A stretch of 63,786 bases of DNA, filler included, from Intoshia linei (GCA_001642005.1; 7 parts of 7 records of this genome joined end to end with filler, not necessarily neighbours in it); one strand, 5' to 3'. Counted from the first letter of the whole stretch, positions 24,501 to 37,209 are shown. Translations and numbers: made by a program. The notes: generated by a model from the letters alone, not told the origin.

Positions 24501-27500
24501 AATTAAGTTTTTATGCAAATTTATAAAATATAATATCATTCAATTATATTAATTATTTTTACAAATGGTTCGTAATTTTACTATAAAAATTTTTTATTTC
24601 CTACAAACTAAGTTAAAACGGAAACATTTAAATTAATTTTCTATGTACACTCCAAATTATAAACAAAATTATCATATTCTATGGATTTCTATAGAGAAAA
24701 AATAAAATAATAAAAATCTATTTTGTCATTTTCAATGTGATGATATATATTCAGTACCAATTTAATAAATACTTACAAATACCTATATATCAATAATTAA
24801 CGGAATCTTATCTTTATAAACAATGTTTATTAAACATATTTCAGTCGAATTTTACCAAAATTGCAAAGGATTGTAATAAATATAAAAATGATATTAACAA
24901 AGTTGTAGTACTTTTAGTTTCGTTGTTGTAGTTTTTATTTAAATTTTATTCAAAATGTTTTGAAAATAAGAATTTGAAATTTAAAAATTGCGTAGCAATA
25001 AAAAAAATTCCGAAGAAATGAATTATATAGATTTTCACCCATATTTCTTTATTGGAAATGTGTAGACATTAACTACACATTTTTTTTGAAATTGTAGGAT
25101 CAATATTTACATTTTAAATTTTTGATTTTAATCGAAATATTTGAAAAATATTGGTTGATAATATATTAAAAGTATTTTTCACCCGGGAATGCGTAGATTT
25201 CTCTGGTTTAACTTTTGTATTTATATCAACTGGAATAAGCTGTATAAGAATAATCTCTCTTTTTTTAATTTTCGGACTATTAATTATTTCACTTTCCTTT
25301 TTTGACCGTGAAGTCGTCACTTATTCAGATTGAAACTTATTTATGGGTGTTAACAGGATACAACTGTACCACCTGTAAATTTTTTGAAATTCTAGAGCTG
25401 TTTTCATTATAAAAAGAAGAGTAATTTGTGATTTTGGGCCTGAAGATATAATTTTTTTAAATGTAAATTTATGATAATGTTAATGTTTTCTAAAATCCGT
25501 ATCAGTGTATATATTTTTTTAAATTCTCCAACTCGTTTGATTTTCAAAAAAAAGGACAATTGGGGGTTTTGACATGTAAGATTTGAGTTTGGGAGGTTGA
25601 AATTTATCTTATTATATCCCCGGAAAAAACTGTAATTCAAATGTGGACTGTATAAAATTCTAAGATGGGTTTATTGAAATAAAGTGGAACACACACACAT
25701 ACAAACAAATATTGCGTAGCATATTATATAAGTAAGGATTAAATATTTCAATGTCTAAATTTAGTTATTCATTACCTTATCATAAACCCAAAGAGGTAAA
25801 TTTTCCTTTCTATCCGCCTTTAAACATAAATAAAATATGTAAAATATATTTACCATCCGCATGAAATTTAATGATAATCTTCTTAACTCTGATATTTCTA
25901 TTGTTGCATTATTCAAACGATGGGATATTGCACCAAGAAGTTCCTACAGTTAATAAAACATTTCATATCTAATATTACCTTATATTTTATTCTTAACTGT
26001 CTTGTCGTGGCCCTTGTTAGAGCATTGTGAATGACGGATGGGCATACTTGCGATAAATCAATAAGCTAACGTTATATATTAATTTTAAAATAAAAAATAT
26101 ATTAGAAACACTCTTAGAGTTAAATGACAATTCAAAGAAACTTAAATAACTATAATATCAGACTAGGTTGACTGTTATGTACTACGTACAAACAGGACCT
26201 AGCTCTGCCGATGGCATATTTTTATTATACTTAAAAAATAAATTCACGTTGAAAATTTAATTTAAAAATCCTACTATTCACTATTATCAATCCTTTAAAG
26301 GAGTGGTTCCCAAACTTGTTTCAGGCGGAACCGTCATATCACATTACTTTTCACTTTAAAGTGAATTATTCCATCTTAATTTATTTGTTTCATTTGCGTA
26401 AAGAATTTTAAAAACAATTGTTATCCCATTTTTTAATTTATTAGACAGAATGTGTGACTAATATTAAAAATAAGTAAAAACAGTCCAATCCGAAAAATTT
26501 TCATAAATAGCATAAATTCCAGAAAAAATAAAATTATAAAAACCTATTTTGTCATTTTGAGTGTGATGATATATATTCAGAACCAATTTAATAAATACTT
26601 ACAAATACCAATTGTGTATCAATAACACTGTTCAACACTGAAAAATCCTCCTTAATAAAAAATAGTATAAAATATAAATTCATAAGTACATAAGTATTAT
26701 ATAATGTCGTTTTTATTGTAACTTTATTATAAATCACTATATCTTTACGATTATTAACTTTAAGCGCGTTATTTTTTTGTTATATTGTTACTAATTTTAT
26801 GACTGAAATTACAAACATTCGATGGGAAAAAAATGGAAAACTTACTTGGTGAGTACTGCTAGAGAATACATCAGTTGTTAAAATAATTTAGATTTGTATA
26901 AATTTATAATTAAGATTATTAAAAATATTTATATATTTTGCTATTTATATTTTAAAATCTACTCTATAGAATCGTCTACAATTTTGACTGTTTCGTTCTG
27001 AGTATTTTTTCATCATATTAAAATATTAAAACCCGGGGAGGTCGTCGTGGAAACATGGTTTGTAGGAGGTCATGCTCATTATTTTAGTGTTACCATGGAC
27101 ATTTTGTGTTTTTGAGAGGGGGTAAAAATTCAGCATCACGGAATTACTGTAATAGAAAATTTATTTTAATTTAAACAATTACATAAAACGATATATAATC
27201 AAAATAATGATTATTATGTTTTGATTTTTTGGAGTAATACGCCCCTTTAATTATTAAAATACTCTATAAAAATGTCTAATTTTTTTTCAATAGTTTTGTC
27301 AAAATGTCTTTCATTCTAAATAAAAATAGCCCGGGAGGTCGAAAAAAAATCTGAAATTGTTGAACAGTGTAATTAACGAAATCTTCACTTTATAAACAAT
27401 GTTTATTAAACATATTTCAGTGGAATTTTACCAAAATTGCATAAGATTGTAATAAATATAAAAATAATATTAATAAAGTTGTAGTACTTTTAGTTTCGTT

Positions 27501-30500
27501 GTTGTAGTTTTTATTTAAATTTTATTTAAAATGTTTTCAAAATGAGAATTTCAAATTTCAAAATTGCGTAGCAATGAAAAAAATTGCGAAGGAATGAATT
27601 ATATAGATTTTCACCCATATTTCTTTATTGGAAATGTGTAAAAGTTTAATGCAAATTTTTTTTTCAAAAGCTCTATCACAATAATCTTTTTTTTTAATTT
27701 TCGGACTGGTATATATTTCACATGTTAAGTTTTAATAAAATAATTCGGAAAAAATATATGAATACTAAAATGCTTTTTTGACCGTGAAGGCGTAACTTAT
27801 TCAGATTGACATTTTTTGTATGTGTTAACAGGATGCAACTATACCACCTGTAATTTTTTTAAATTCTAAAGCTGTTTTCATTAAAAAAAAGGTCATTTGT
27901 GGTTTTGGTCCTGAAGATATATTTTTTTTAAATTTATAATTTTAAAATCCGCATCAAATTTTATCATCAGATATTCAAAAAAAATATTTTTTTAAATTCT
28001 CGAATTTGTTTGATTTTAAAAAAAATGAAAATTTGGCTTTTTGACCCGTAAGATGTGAGTTTGGGAGGTTTAAATTTATTTTGCTAACACCCCAGAAAAA
28101 ACTGTAATTGAAATGTGGAATTATAAAATTCTAAGACTGGTAGTTATTGAAATAAACGGTAACACACACACAAACAAATATTGCATAGCATATTTATTAT
28201 ATATTTAAGGATAATTATCTCTAAATTTACATAAATATTTATTAACATACAATGTAAATAATTAATTCGCATCTCAATAACCTGAAACCATTTTTAAGAT
28301 CAGATTTAACAATATTTATAAGTTTTTATAAATGTATGTATGCAATTAAATGTTCCTAAAACGTGCCAAATAAAAAATCCAAGATAAAATGTAATCTATT
28401 AAATATTAGATACGCAAAAATTACTTAATTATGATTAACCTAACATTATTTTGACGATAATTTAAATTTAAATTTGAAAATCTAAATATAAATCCATTTA
28501 TATGAGTATTTAGTTAATTAAAATATAATAAGACTCCAAAAATATTGCTTAGACTACATATTTTTAAAAATCATTTTGCTCGCTATATACAGCCTCAAAT
28601 AAGGCTAATTGTCGTAGAACAATTATATAGCTCAAAAAAAACGTAGAGTATTGTATTTTATTAGTGACACTTTCAATAATCTTTGGAAATAATTTGATAA
28701 AATAGTTTGGCTTTTATTTTTTGAAATGTTAGTTTTATTGAAGTGAAAATTTTAATCAAATAAGTGTAAACATTTCTAAAAATGAATAATTTCGTAAGGG
28801 TAAAAGACTAAAAGGATTCCTTACTTATATAATATACTTTGTTTGTCTGTGTGTGTTATCGTTTATATCAATAACTACTAGTCTTAAAATTTTATAAAGT
28901 CCACATTTCTATTACAGTTTTTTCCGGTGTGAAAGTAAGATAAATTTCAACCTCCCAAACTCACATCTCACTGGGTCATTTGACTAATTGGCTAAAACAT
29001 TACATAATCTAAATTAAGTGGAGTCACATAAGTTGGTACAGGAGTAGTTGGGTTGAAAGATTCTACAGATAAATTATTTCTATTTGGAAACATGCCAAGT
29101 CCAATCAAATAAGCAGATTGTATTGTACGGTCCCAATCTGAACTTTGAATGTATATCTAAAATATAATGAACGAGAAACTAAATATTTAAACACAATGTG
29201 ACATATCGAATGTGTATAACAGCAGCCAGTGGCGATCTCATACTCGGGAGTCATATTAGTTAATAGTATATATTAGTAATATTAGGTAGAAAAATATTAA
29301 AAAAAATAAAATATTTTCGAGTGTTAAATTTCTTCATAATTGTTAAATGAATTTCTAATTTGTAAATATGAACACAATTATATATTCACAGTGTGAAATT
29401 CAGAAAAGATTATTCACTTGACAAGCAAGTGATTTGTAAGCGAAATATTTGCATAAATGTTTAAATCAATTTAAATACATAATTCTGGCATATTTAAATT
29501 TGCCTAGTAAATAAATCTATAGATTAAATTTATATAGCGAAGTGCACCTGATAATTATGAAAAATTATGTATATCTTAGTTATGTCAATTTTAAATATCG
29601 TTGCAAAAAATTTGAATTTGAGTTTTCTATTTATAATTTTCAGATTTAGTTTATAATTACTTATTTATAAATTTTTTTTCTTGATATTTATTATTTTCAA
29701 ATACAATTTAAAAAAAAAATGTGTGGTTATCATATAAATTTTAGTCCGAGTAATCTCGATTAGTCAGAGTCGCCATTGTTTCCAAATGTGATGCTAGAAA
29801 AATTATGATGTGGCCCGCCGCGTATTTGAGTTTGACATGTCTGATATACAGTGTATATTATTATATATGTATTAGCATTAATTATTTGATATGTAAATTA
29901 AGGTGTCAAATCATTTTGCACAAGGCTTAGCATACGTTCGTATTCGGTTAGAGTCTAAAATTACTTGTGGCAGTTCCCGTTAGACGAAATTGTATTACCA
30001 CTTTGCAGAAAAGATTTGAATATGCTACAAATTTCAGAACTTTAGACGTAAATACTCCTCACCATCATATGGTTTATATTTATAATTATGTATTTTCTTC
30101 TCCTTACATCTCCTTATCTTTCAGTTCCAGCTACCAGAAGTATCATTATAGTTATATTTTTAAGTAGAAATATTTCTGTCCTTGCTGCTATGAACAAGAA
30201 TAAAACTATATTCCATAGTATATACAATAATAATACATTTCAATGTATAATATAGACTAATAGTATAAACAAATTGATATAAATACACTGTATATATATA
30301 TAAAAATCCATGACAGAGCTGTAAATAAGGAAACATTTAAAATATGTTTAATTGAGCTAAAAGAAAAATGTTTGGCTGAAGGTATTATCGATCCTATATT
30401 TATAATGGACAATACACCCATCCACCATTATAAATGTTCTGTTTATATATCGTTTTTTATCATTTCTTTTTAATAAATTTCGGAAATTATACAAAATCTA

Positions 30501-33500
30501 TCCATCAATCTTAATTACCTACCACCGTATTCGCCATTTCTGAATCCAATCGAAAATGTATTCTAAGTATGGAAGAATATTATCAAAAGGGCGTGTGTCC
30601 AAACAGAAATGCAAATTAAAGAAAAAATAACTAACTCATATGAAGAAATATCATCCGTGCATTATAATAGTTTCTCTAGAAAAATGCTACCCTAATTGAT
30701 AAAATACGAACATAATTATTGATTAAATACATGATTATTGTCTATATTACTTCACACAATTACAACAAAGTGCTCCACATATTTATTCAAGTTTTGATAA
30801 CTTAAGGTTGTTTTTCCGTCAAAATATAGACATAAATCACCTTTAAATAATGTTAACACATTTTAAATTTTAGGCTTTATCATATTTAATTATTTAATTT
30901 GTGCCTTGAAAATGCCACTTTTAGATGGTACATCTATTTCAGTTCTAATTGAAATTATTTTCTTGACTTTACAAACAGAAACATTTCTAGATAATAAGGC
31001 TTTACCTAACTTCTTACATTTTATTGATTTATTTGTGGAAACTTTATGGAGAGGATAATAATTTTCATCGGAAAAATTGTCAGAATATGGGTCTACTTTC
31101 GATTCAAAACGGAAATCTAAATTTTTTTTGTAATGGTTGTAGAGTTTGAAAATTTAATATGCTAAAACTACTAGAATACGCTCCACTTTCTCCATGAGAA
31201 TCAATTTGCATTTGAAGAAAATTTTCATCTTCGTCAATTTTTATTTTTTACCATTAATATGTTATTCCAATTTTGTTTAAATTTTTGATGGTAGTTCGAA
31301 TTTTTTAGATAGAGCGCATACTTGTGCACTAAATCTTTAATTTTGACTTTAACTAATCATAATGCAATCGGTCCCCGAGCACACTTTATCCATAAGGAAT
31401 ATAGTTTTATTGCAGTTTTATCACAGTAATAAGATTTCTGTTGTGAGTTATTTTCCATTTCTAAAAAATGATATTTTCCATTACTTTTGTTATAGTAGGT
31501 AATCTCAATAAATTACTAAGCGGTTCACTAACCACCACTCCATAAGGAAGCGTCTACCTCATACTTTTTATGAATAATTCATTTGTAGATCTCGACATTT
31601 TAATTTTATATTATTAATTTATTAATTATAACATAGATAATTAAATAAAATATTGTATTAAAATATCAAAATAAATAAATATAAAATAAAAATATCAATA
31701 AGTGTTTTTAATTTCGGGCGGGATTAATTTCAATTCATGAATTAATTTTCACATGTTTATGATCAGTGCATAAAAACACATATATGCCAATATACTTTTC
31801 TATCTTAAAAAAATTAAACACCCTATTTAATAGGCCCTATAGCATAGTTCTTATAAATATTTAAATATATTTTGACCTGTATTATTTGAATCTAATTTTA
31901 TTGGTATTTATCATTGGAAATTATTTTTTTACATAATTCACCATCTTTTACCAAATATTTGTAAAAATCACCAAAACTCTCTTTACAATTCGCGGATCAC
32001 CATTTGGAAAACGCTGGTATAATGTATCACATGTCGTATAATAACTCTTATAATCAGAAAGATCGTTTCCTGTATAAGAAAATAATGCATTCCTATCAAA
32101 TCGAACAAACAAATTTGACATCAAATAATATTCTTTTACCAACGATAGAGAAGATGTAAAGTGGTATAAACTTTCATTAAAAAATGGGATCGAACACTGC
32201 AGCTTTCACATAAAAGAATAACAACGTCCCCATCCATCAAAAACAGCGCAGTTACTTAAAATTTATTTCCAATACATTCATACATTGTTGGATCATGCAA
32301 CTGTGTATGAAAAAGTTGTTGTATATCAAGGCTACCTTTTTTTGCGATCAGAAATGTTCCTCTTTCTGTCTTACCGAAAAGATGCAAATATTCCACTTAA
32401 TTTTTCAAAGTGAAAGATGGCCTTGGTTTTTATTATATTAAAAAAACACACATTATAGATGTGATTTATAGGATAATAGTAATCCTACACAGGGTTGCCA
32501 ACTGCGTTATTTTCCCCCTGAGAATTCGGATTTTCTAATTCAACTTAGGGCTCAGGGTTAAGTGATATTTCTCAAGGTAATTTAATTATTTCAATCAAAA
32601 TCATCAAATGAAGCATATTTTATTTATATTCTATAATTTTTTTCTCTATGGTGAATTGTCGAAAAATAATTGATTTTGATCTTGTTTTTTGTGTTGTGTC
32701 ATTTGTTATTTTTCTCTAAAGTATTCATCATGAAGTCATTTTGAAATATGCTATTTGTTATTTGTTATAAAAAATTTAAAGTATTCATTTTGAAATTTGC
32801 AATAAAAATTGTGTTTAAACTGTTATTATTTTTTGAAAAATAGACACTAAAGTAAAAAAGGGCCCACAAAAAAAATTCACGCTTCGCTCAAAACTCAGGG
32901 TTAAGAATATTTAATGTTGGCAACCCTGATCCTATACAGTCATGTATTTTATCATTTTCTAAAATTCGACTAAAAAATTAACGCTTTAATAGACACACCA
33001 CTTTAGTACGTTTTTCGGTGTTGTCAAAAAAACGTACTTCTGGTCGCTTTAGTTAAATTAATTTTCACCGCGTTAACCGAATTTGGCGTTAATCGAGAGA
33101 TACATGTATTTGTTTATTTGTTCCAGTTTATTTAAGAAAGTAAGGGGAGTAAAGTTTTACAAATTCCATATTTCTATTACAGTTTTACGAGAGTGATGTT
33201 TTATCGCAAAGTTCATCTCCAGAAATTGAGGACTTCAATGAATAGGTGTAGTGATATAATCACTATGAGAAGTGAAATTTATATATAAGTTGATAATGTA
33301 AATATCATATTCTTCGAAATCTTAAACTCGTACAATCTTCCAGGTTACTTCGTACAGAACGTATCGTTACACTATTGTTTAAACAATCAAATGGTCAGTT
33401 CAGGATTAATATTAACAAAATTATGATTCCTCATTCAACATTGATACGTCTAATGATTCATTACATTGAAAATGACAAAATAGGTTTTTATACGTTTATT

Positions 33501-34699
33501 TTTTCTGGAATTTATGCTATTTATGACAATTTTTAGGATTGGACTGTTTTACTTGATTTTTAATATTATACACACATTCTGTCTAATATATTAAAAAAAT
33601 GGATTAACAATTGTTTTTAAAATTCTTTACCCAAATGTTAACAAAAAAAAATTAAGATGGAATAATTCACTTTAAAGTAAAAAGTAATGTGATATGATCG
33701 TTTCACCTAAAACAAATTTGGGAACCACTCCTTTGAAGAATTGATAATAGTCAATAGTAGGATTTTTAAGTTAGATTTTCAACATGAATTTATTTTTTTG
33801 GTGTAATAAGAATAAGCTAGATGCTGTTTGTACGGAGTACATAACAGTCAACTATACCATTTACAATCCAATTTCGCAAAACTGAAATTTCAATTTTAAA
33901 ATAAAACAAATTTAATTAGTAAATAATAATTATTTCAAAATAGTCAAAAAAAATTCTTCTGATTTTTATAAATGTATGCTAAATAACAATGATTTGTGTC
34001 TAAAAATTATATCTAATGATAAATACTAATGTAATATAAATCTATAAATAAATATTAATTTTAAATTCAATTTCAAGTCGAAATTTTAAATTTCATTTCA
34101 TTTTGGTTTCTAAGTAACTAGTACGTTAAAAATCTGGCCACTTTAGTTTAGCGAAATTGGATTGTAAATGGTATAGTAACTATAAAATAAATAAAAATTC
34201 ATCATTTTTGGGTAAATTTTTAAAAGTTGTTCATCCATTTGTAGATGGATTCGAAAATCAAACACATCGTTCTTATTTATTTTGACAACGAATACGTACG
34301 CATGCTAATCGTTATGCAAAATGTTATTAGAAAAAAATGATTTGACACCTTAATGTAAATACTATATTTTTACTTCACTTGATACTTGATTTGGAGAAAA
34401 TAACGCATCATAATTATTATATCTCTCATATAGAAACGTACCCAATTCCAGAATATTAATTTTTCCTTTCTAAAAAATATACAAGAGTAAAACAAATCAC
34501 CTCAGTTAATTGACTATTTTCAGAAGTCCATAATATTTCATTATTTGAAAATTTAAAATTTCTGGGTTTAGTCTCTCCATTTTTTGTAATCTATTAGTTA
34601 AATATGAAAATAGCTTAAATAGTATTTTACGACAATAGTTGTCAGAAGTTTTGAATATTCTAATCTTATTTTACATAGTAATATCATCCAAACTAACAT
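21541..34699 (-). CDS. Histidine acid phosphatase family (lysosomal/prostatic ACP-like) type I membrane protein lacking catalytic residues
   Basis: Spliced exons: MLVWMILLC (signal-like)|ITKNGETKP...W..ENSQLTE|KGKINILELGTFLYERY|IYIQSSDWDRTIQSA...GMFP...PVPTY|...CP...|LPLWV|...KMHLFSA|NEETLIIIMSALGIYEDIPNYGASLMIEL...KFFYRN...LFIPG|CSQPCSY|TM helix, TYILIETN*. Confidence 0.85.
23735..23970. repeat. Degenerate ~20-bp periodic TGTCAGTA array
   Basis: About 10 GTCAGT/GGCAGT cores spaced roughly 20 nt apart (one interval about 30 nt). Confidence 0.7.
24650..25738 (-). mobile_element. Non-autonomous Helitron, 5' part
   Basis: Ends ...tatataagtaagGA|T (reverse complement of A|TCCTTACTTATATA) and is collinear with copies at 26163-28211 and 59475-60980. 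Confidence 0.75.
26163..28211 (-). mobile_element. Full-length non-autonomous Helitron with a nested MITE
   Basis: Minus strand reads A|TCC...hairpin CTGTTTGTAC-GTA-GTACATAACAG...CTAG|T, with no TSD. Confidence 0.88.
26626..27369. mobile_element. CMC-type (Chapaev3/CACTA-like) MITE nested in a Helitron
   Basis: TIR CACTGTTCAACA / TGTTGAACAGTG with TAA duplicated. The empty site (caaTAAttaacg) is visible in the sister Helitron copy at about 24790. Confidence 0.85.
29955..30720 (+). mobile_element. Degenerate IS630-Tc1 transposase remnant (intron of the ACP-like gene)
   Basis: VPVRRN...RFEYA, NISVLAAMN, IFIMDNTPIHH and LPPYSPFLNPIENVF*VWK motifs, with stops and indels. Confidence 0.85.
30725..31598 (-). 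mobile_element. Degenerate DNA transposase remnant (CLYFDGK motif)
   Basis: The minus strand reads IDVPSKSGIFKA...LCLYFDGK...EHFVVIV with stops, resembling LHFDGK-containing DDE transposases; family uncertain. Confidence 0.5.
32490..32928. mobile_element. hAT (Tip100-like) MITE
   Basis: TIR CAGGGTTGCCAAC / GTTGGCAACCCTG; TSD atcctaca / atcctata (7 of 8). Confidence 0.85.
33855..34173. mobile_element. TA-targeting MITE inserted in the terminal CTAG of a Helitron copy (about 33430-33854)
   Basis: TIR TACCATTTACAATCCAATTTCGC / GCGAAATTGGATTGTAAATGGTA flanked by TA. Removing it restores ataacagtcaaCTAG|T. Confidence 0.8.
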
Positions 34700-35910
34700 T
34701 TTGTTTTATCTATGTCAATATATGTAATAATAAAGATCCGGTATCTTGGCACACGTTCACTTAATTATCAACCATTCAAGTTTGTTTTACACATTTGTAT
34801 TAACATATTGTAAATATGAATAGAAAATTGTATTAAATTCTGTACAAATTAATTGTAAATCACAAACTAAAAGTAGTATAATTAAACTATTTTAATTTAA
34901 TTCTTAAAATATAATGAATTAATTGACATTGAAAATAATTGCATATTTTCTATTTATATATTATACTAGCTTGGCAGTTTTGTACTAAATACAAACAGCA
35001 CCTAGCTCTCTTATTATACATAAAAAATAAATTCACGTTAAAAATCTAACTTAAATATTCTACTATTAACTATTATATATCCTTTGTTTTGTTAACATTT
35101 GCGTAAAGAATTTAAAACAATTATCCCATTTTTTTAATTTATTTAACAAAATGTGTATATAATAATAAAAATAAAGTAAAAACAGTCCTAATATTTCCTG
35201 AAATATTCTAATATATAATAATAAAATATATTAAGTCCTAAAAATTGACATAAATAACATATATTCCATAAAAAATAAAATTATAAAAACAATTTATCAT
35301 TTTTAATGTGGATGACTAAAGCAATTTTTTAAATAACCTATAAAATAAAAAAAAATAACCTAACGACTGATTTTTAGTAACTTTAAAAAATTTTTTTTGT
35401 ATACAACTTTAATTTGAATCTTGTTAACTTCAATCGATTAGTTTTCATTTTGAAAGTATTTTTTGTTTTTATTTCGTACCATTTAAAAATTCAAAATATT
35501 TACTGAAATTTTTTTACTCAAAAACAATAACTTTCTATTGTTTACCTTCAAGAATGTCCTTTATACACAATATTCAAATATATTCAATATACAAATATTA
35601 ATTTAAATAAAAAAAATGAAACTATGCAAATAAATAATTAATAACGTATTTATTGTTGTGATACAAAATTATGTATTTTTTGATATTTTTTAGGTGTTAA
35701 TAGTCTCAGTAATTAGAAAAAAAGTATCGTTTGGCAAACTGTGTTTTTTGTGTTTCTGTAAACTTTAATCAAGTGCATTTTTTTATAGGAAACAGTGAAA
35801 TTGCAATTTATATTACTAAATAAATTATCAGTTTAAATTAAAGCACCAAAATAGCCCATTTAAATAAATCTGTTTATTGTTTCTATACAAAATAAAAATA
35901 TTAATAGAAT

Positions 35911-36716
35911 TATTATTCGTGCAAATGAGTAAATAACATGCTAAATGTGACAGAATTGAGTTGAAAACGACAAAAAACGTATTATACATCAATTTTCTTT
36001 TAAAATACGATTTTTACGAGTATATTTATTAAAATCCTTATTATTGGTGCAAATGAGTAAATAACATGCTAAATGTGACGGAATTGAGCTGAAAACGACA
36101 AAAAACGTATTATACATCAATTCCTCTTAAAATACGATTTTTACAAGTATATTTATTAAAATCTTTATTATTCGTGCAAATGAGTAAATAACATGCTAAA
36201 TGTGACAGAATTGAGCTGAAAACGACAAAAAACGTATTATACATCAATTTTCTTTTAAAATACGATTTTTACGAGTATATTTATTAAAATCCTTATTATT
36301 GGTGCAAATGAGTAAATAACATGCTAAATGTGACGGAATTGAGCTGAAAACGACAAAAAACGTATTATACATCAATTTTCTCTTAAAATACGATTTTTAC
36401 GAGTATATTTATTAAAATCTTTATTATTCGTGCAAATGAGTAAATAACATGCTAAATGTGACAGAATTGAGCTGAAAACGACAAAAAACGTATTATACAT
36501 CAATTTTCTTTTAAAATACGATTTTTACGAGTATATTTATTAAAATCTTAATTATTCGTGCAAATGAGTAAATAACATGCTAAATATGACGGAATTGAGC
36601 TGAAAACGACAAAAAACGTATTATACATCAATTTTCTCTTTAAATACGATTTTTACGAGTATATTTATTAAAATCTTTATTATTCTTGCAAATGAGTAAA
36701 TAACATGCTACATGTG
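35911..36716. repeat. 128-bp tandem repeat, about 6.3 copies
   Basis: The gcaaatgagtaaataacatgcta core recurs at 35921, 36049, 36176, 36304, 36432, 36560 and 36688. Confidence 0.97.
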
Positions 36717-37209
36717 AGTTATTGATTATGATGAGCCAATTAATTAGTTCAATGACTGTAAAAGAAAATGTAGAATTTTCGGCTTATTTAAGATTGAATA
36801 ATACGAAAAAGCTACCAAAAAAACAATTAGATGAAAAATTGTTGTCAGACTTAATACTCAAACATATTTCCAATCGAAAGGTTGGTAGCTGCATAAAATC
36901 CAACATATCCAATGGAGAGCGAAAAAGAGTGGCTATAGCAATGGAAAATGTCATTTCTCCAAATTTTTTATATTTGGATTAATTTACATCAGGCATAGAT
37001 GAAGCTTTCACTCACAAAATGATAAAAATATTATACAATTCAATAGGCATGGGAAATTTTATAATAATGTCAATCCATCAGCCACGATACAATGTATTTA
37101 AACAGTTCGATCATGTTTTTTTGAGTAAAGGTCGTTTAATTTATGAAAGTAGTTTTGATAAAGCAATACACCTTTTTAAAAGCTTTAGTAAATTTCAATG
37201 CAACTATTA
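36700..37209 (+). pseudogene. ABCG (ABCG2/white-like) transporter NBD fragment, disrupted
   Basis: MTVKENVEFSAYLRL...ISNGERKRVAIAME...FLYLD*FTSGID...IMSIHQPRYNVFKQFD. A TAA stop replaces the Walker B Glu. Confidence 0.8.

Noticed and set aside
35911-36716. CRISPR array
   Set aside because: Whole 128-bp units repeat with no unique spacers; eukaryotic context and no cas genes.
36980-36982. TAA reassigned to Glu (alternative genetic code)
   Set aside because: Intact genes (ABCF3, RFK, VPS36, MASTL) end in TAA and long exons lack in-frame TAA. A single GAA-to-TAA mutation in a pseudogene explains it.
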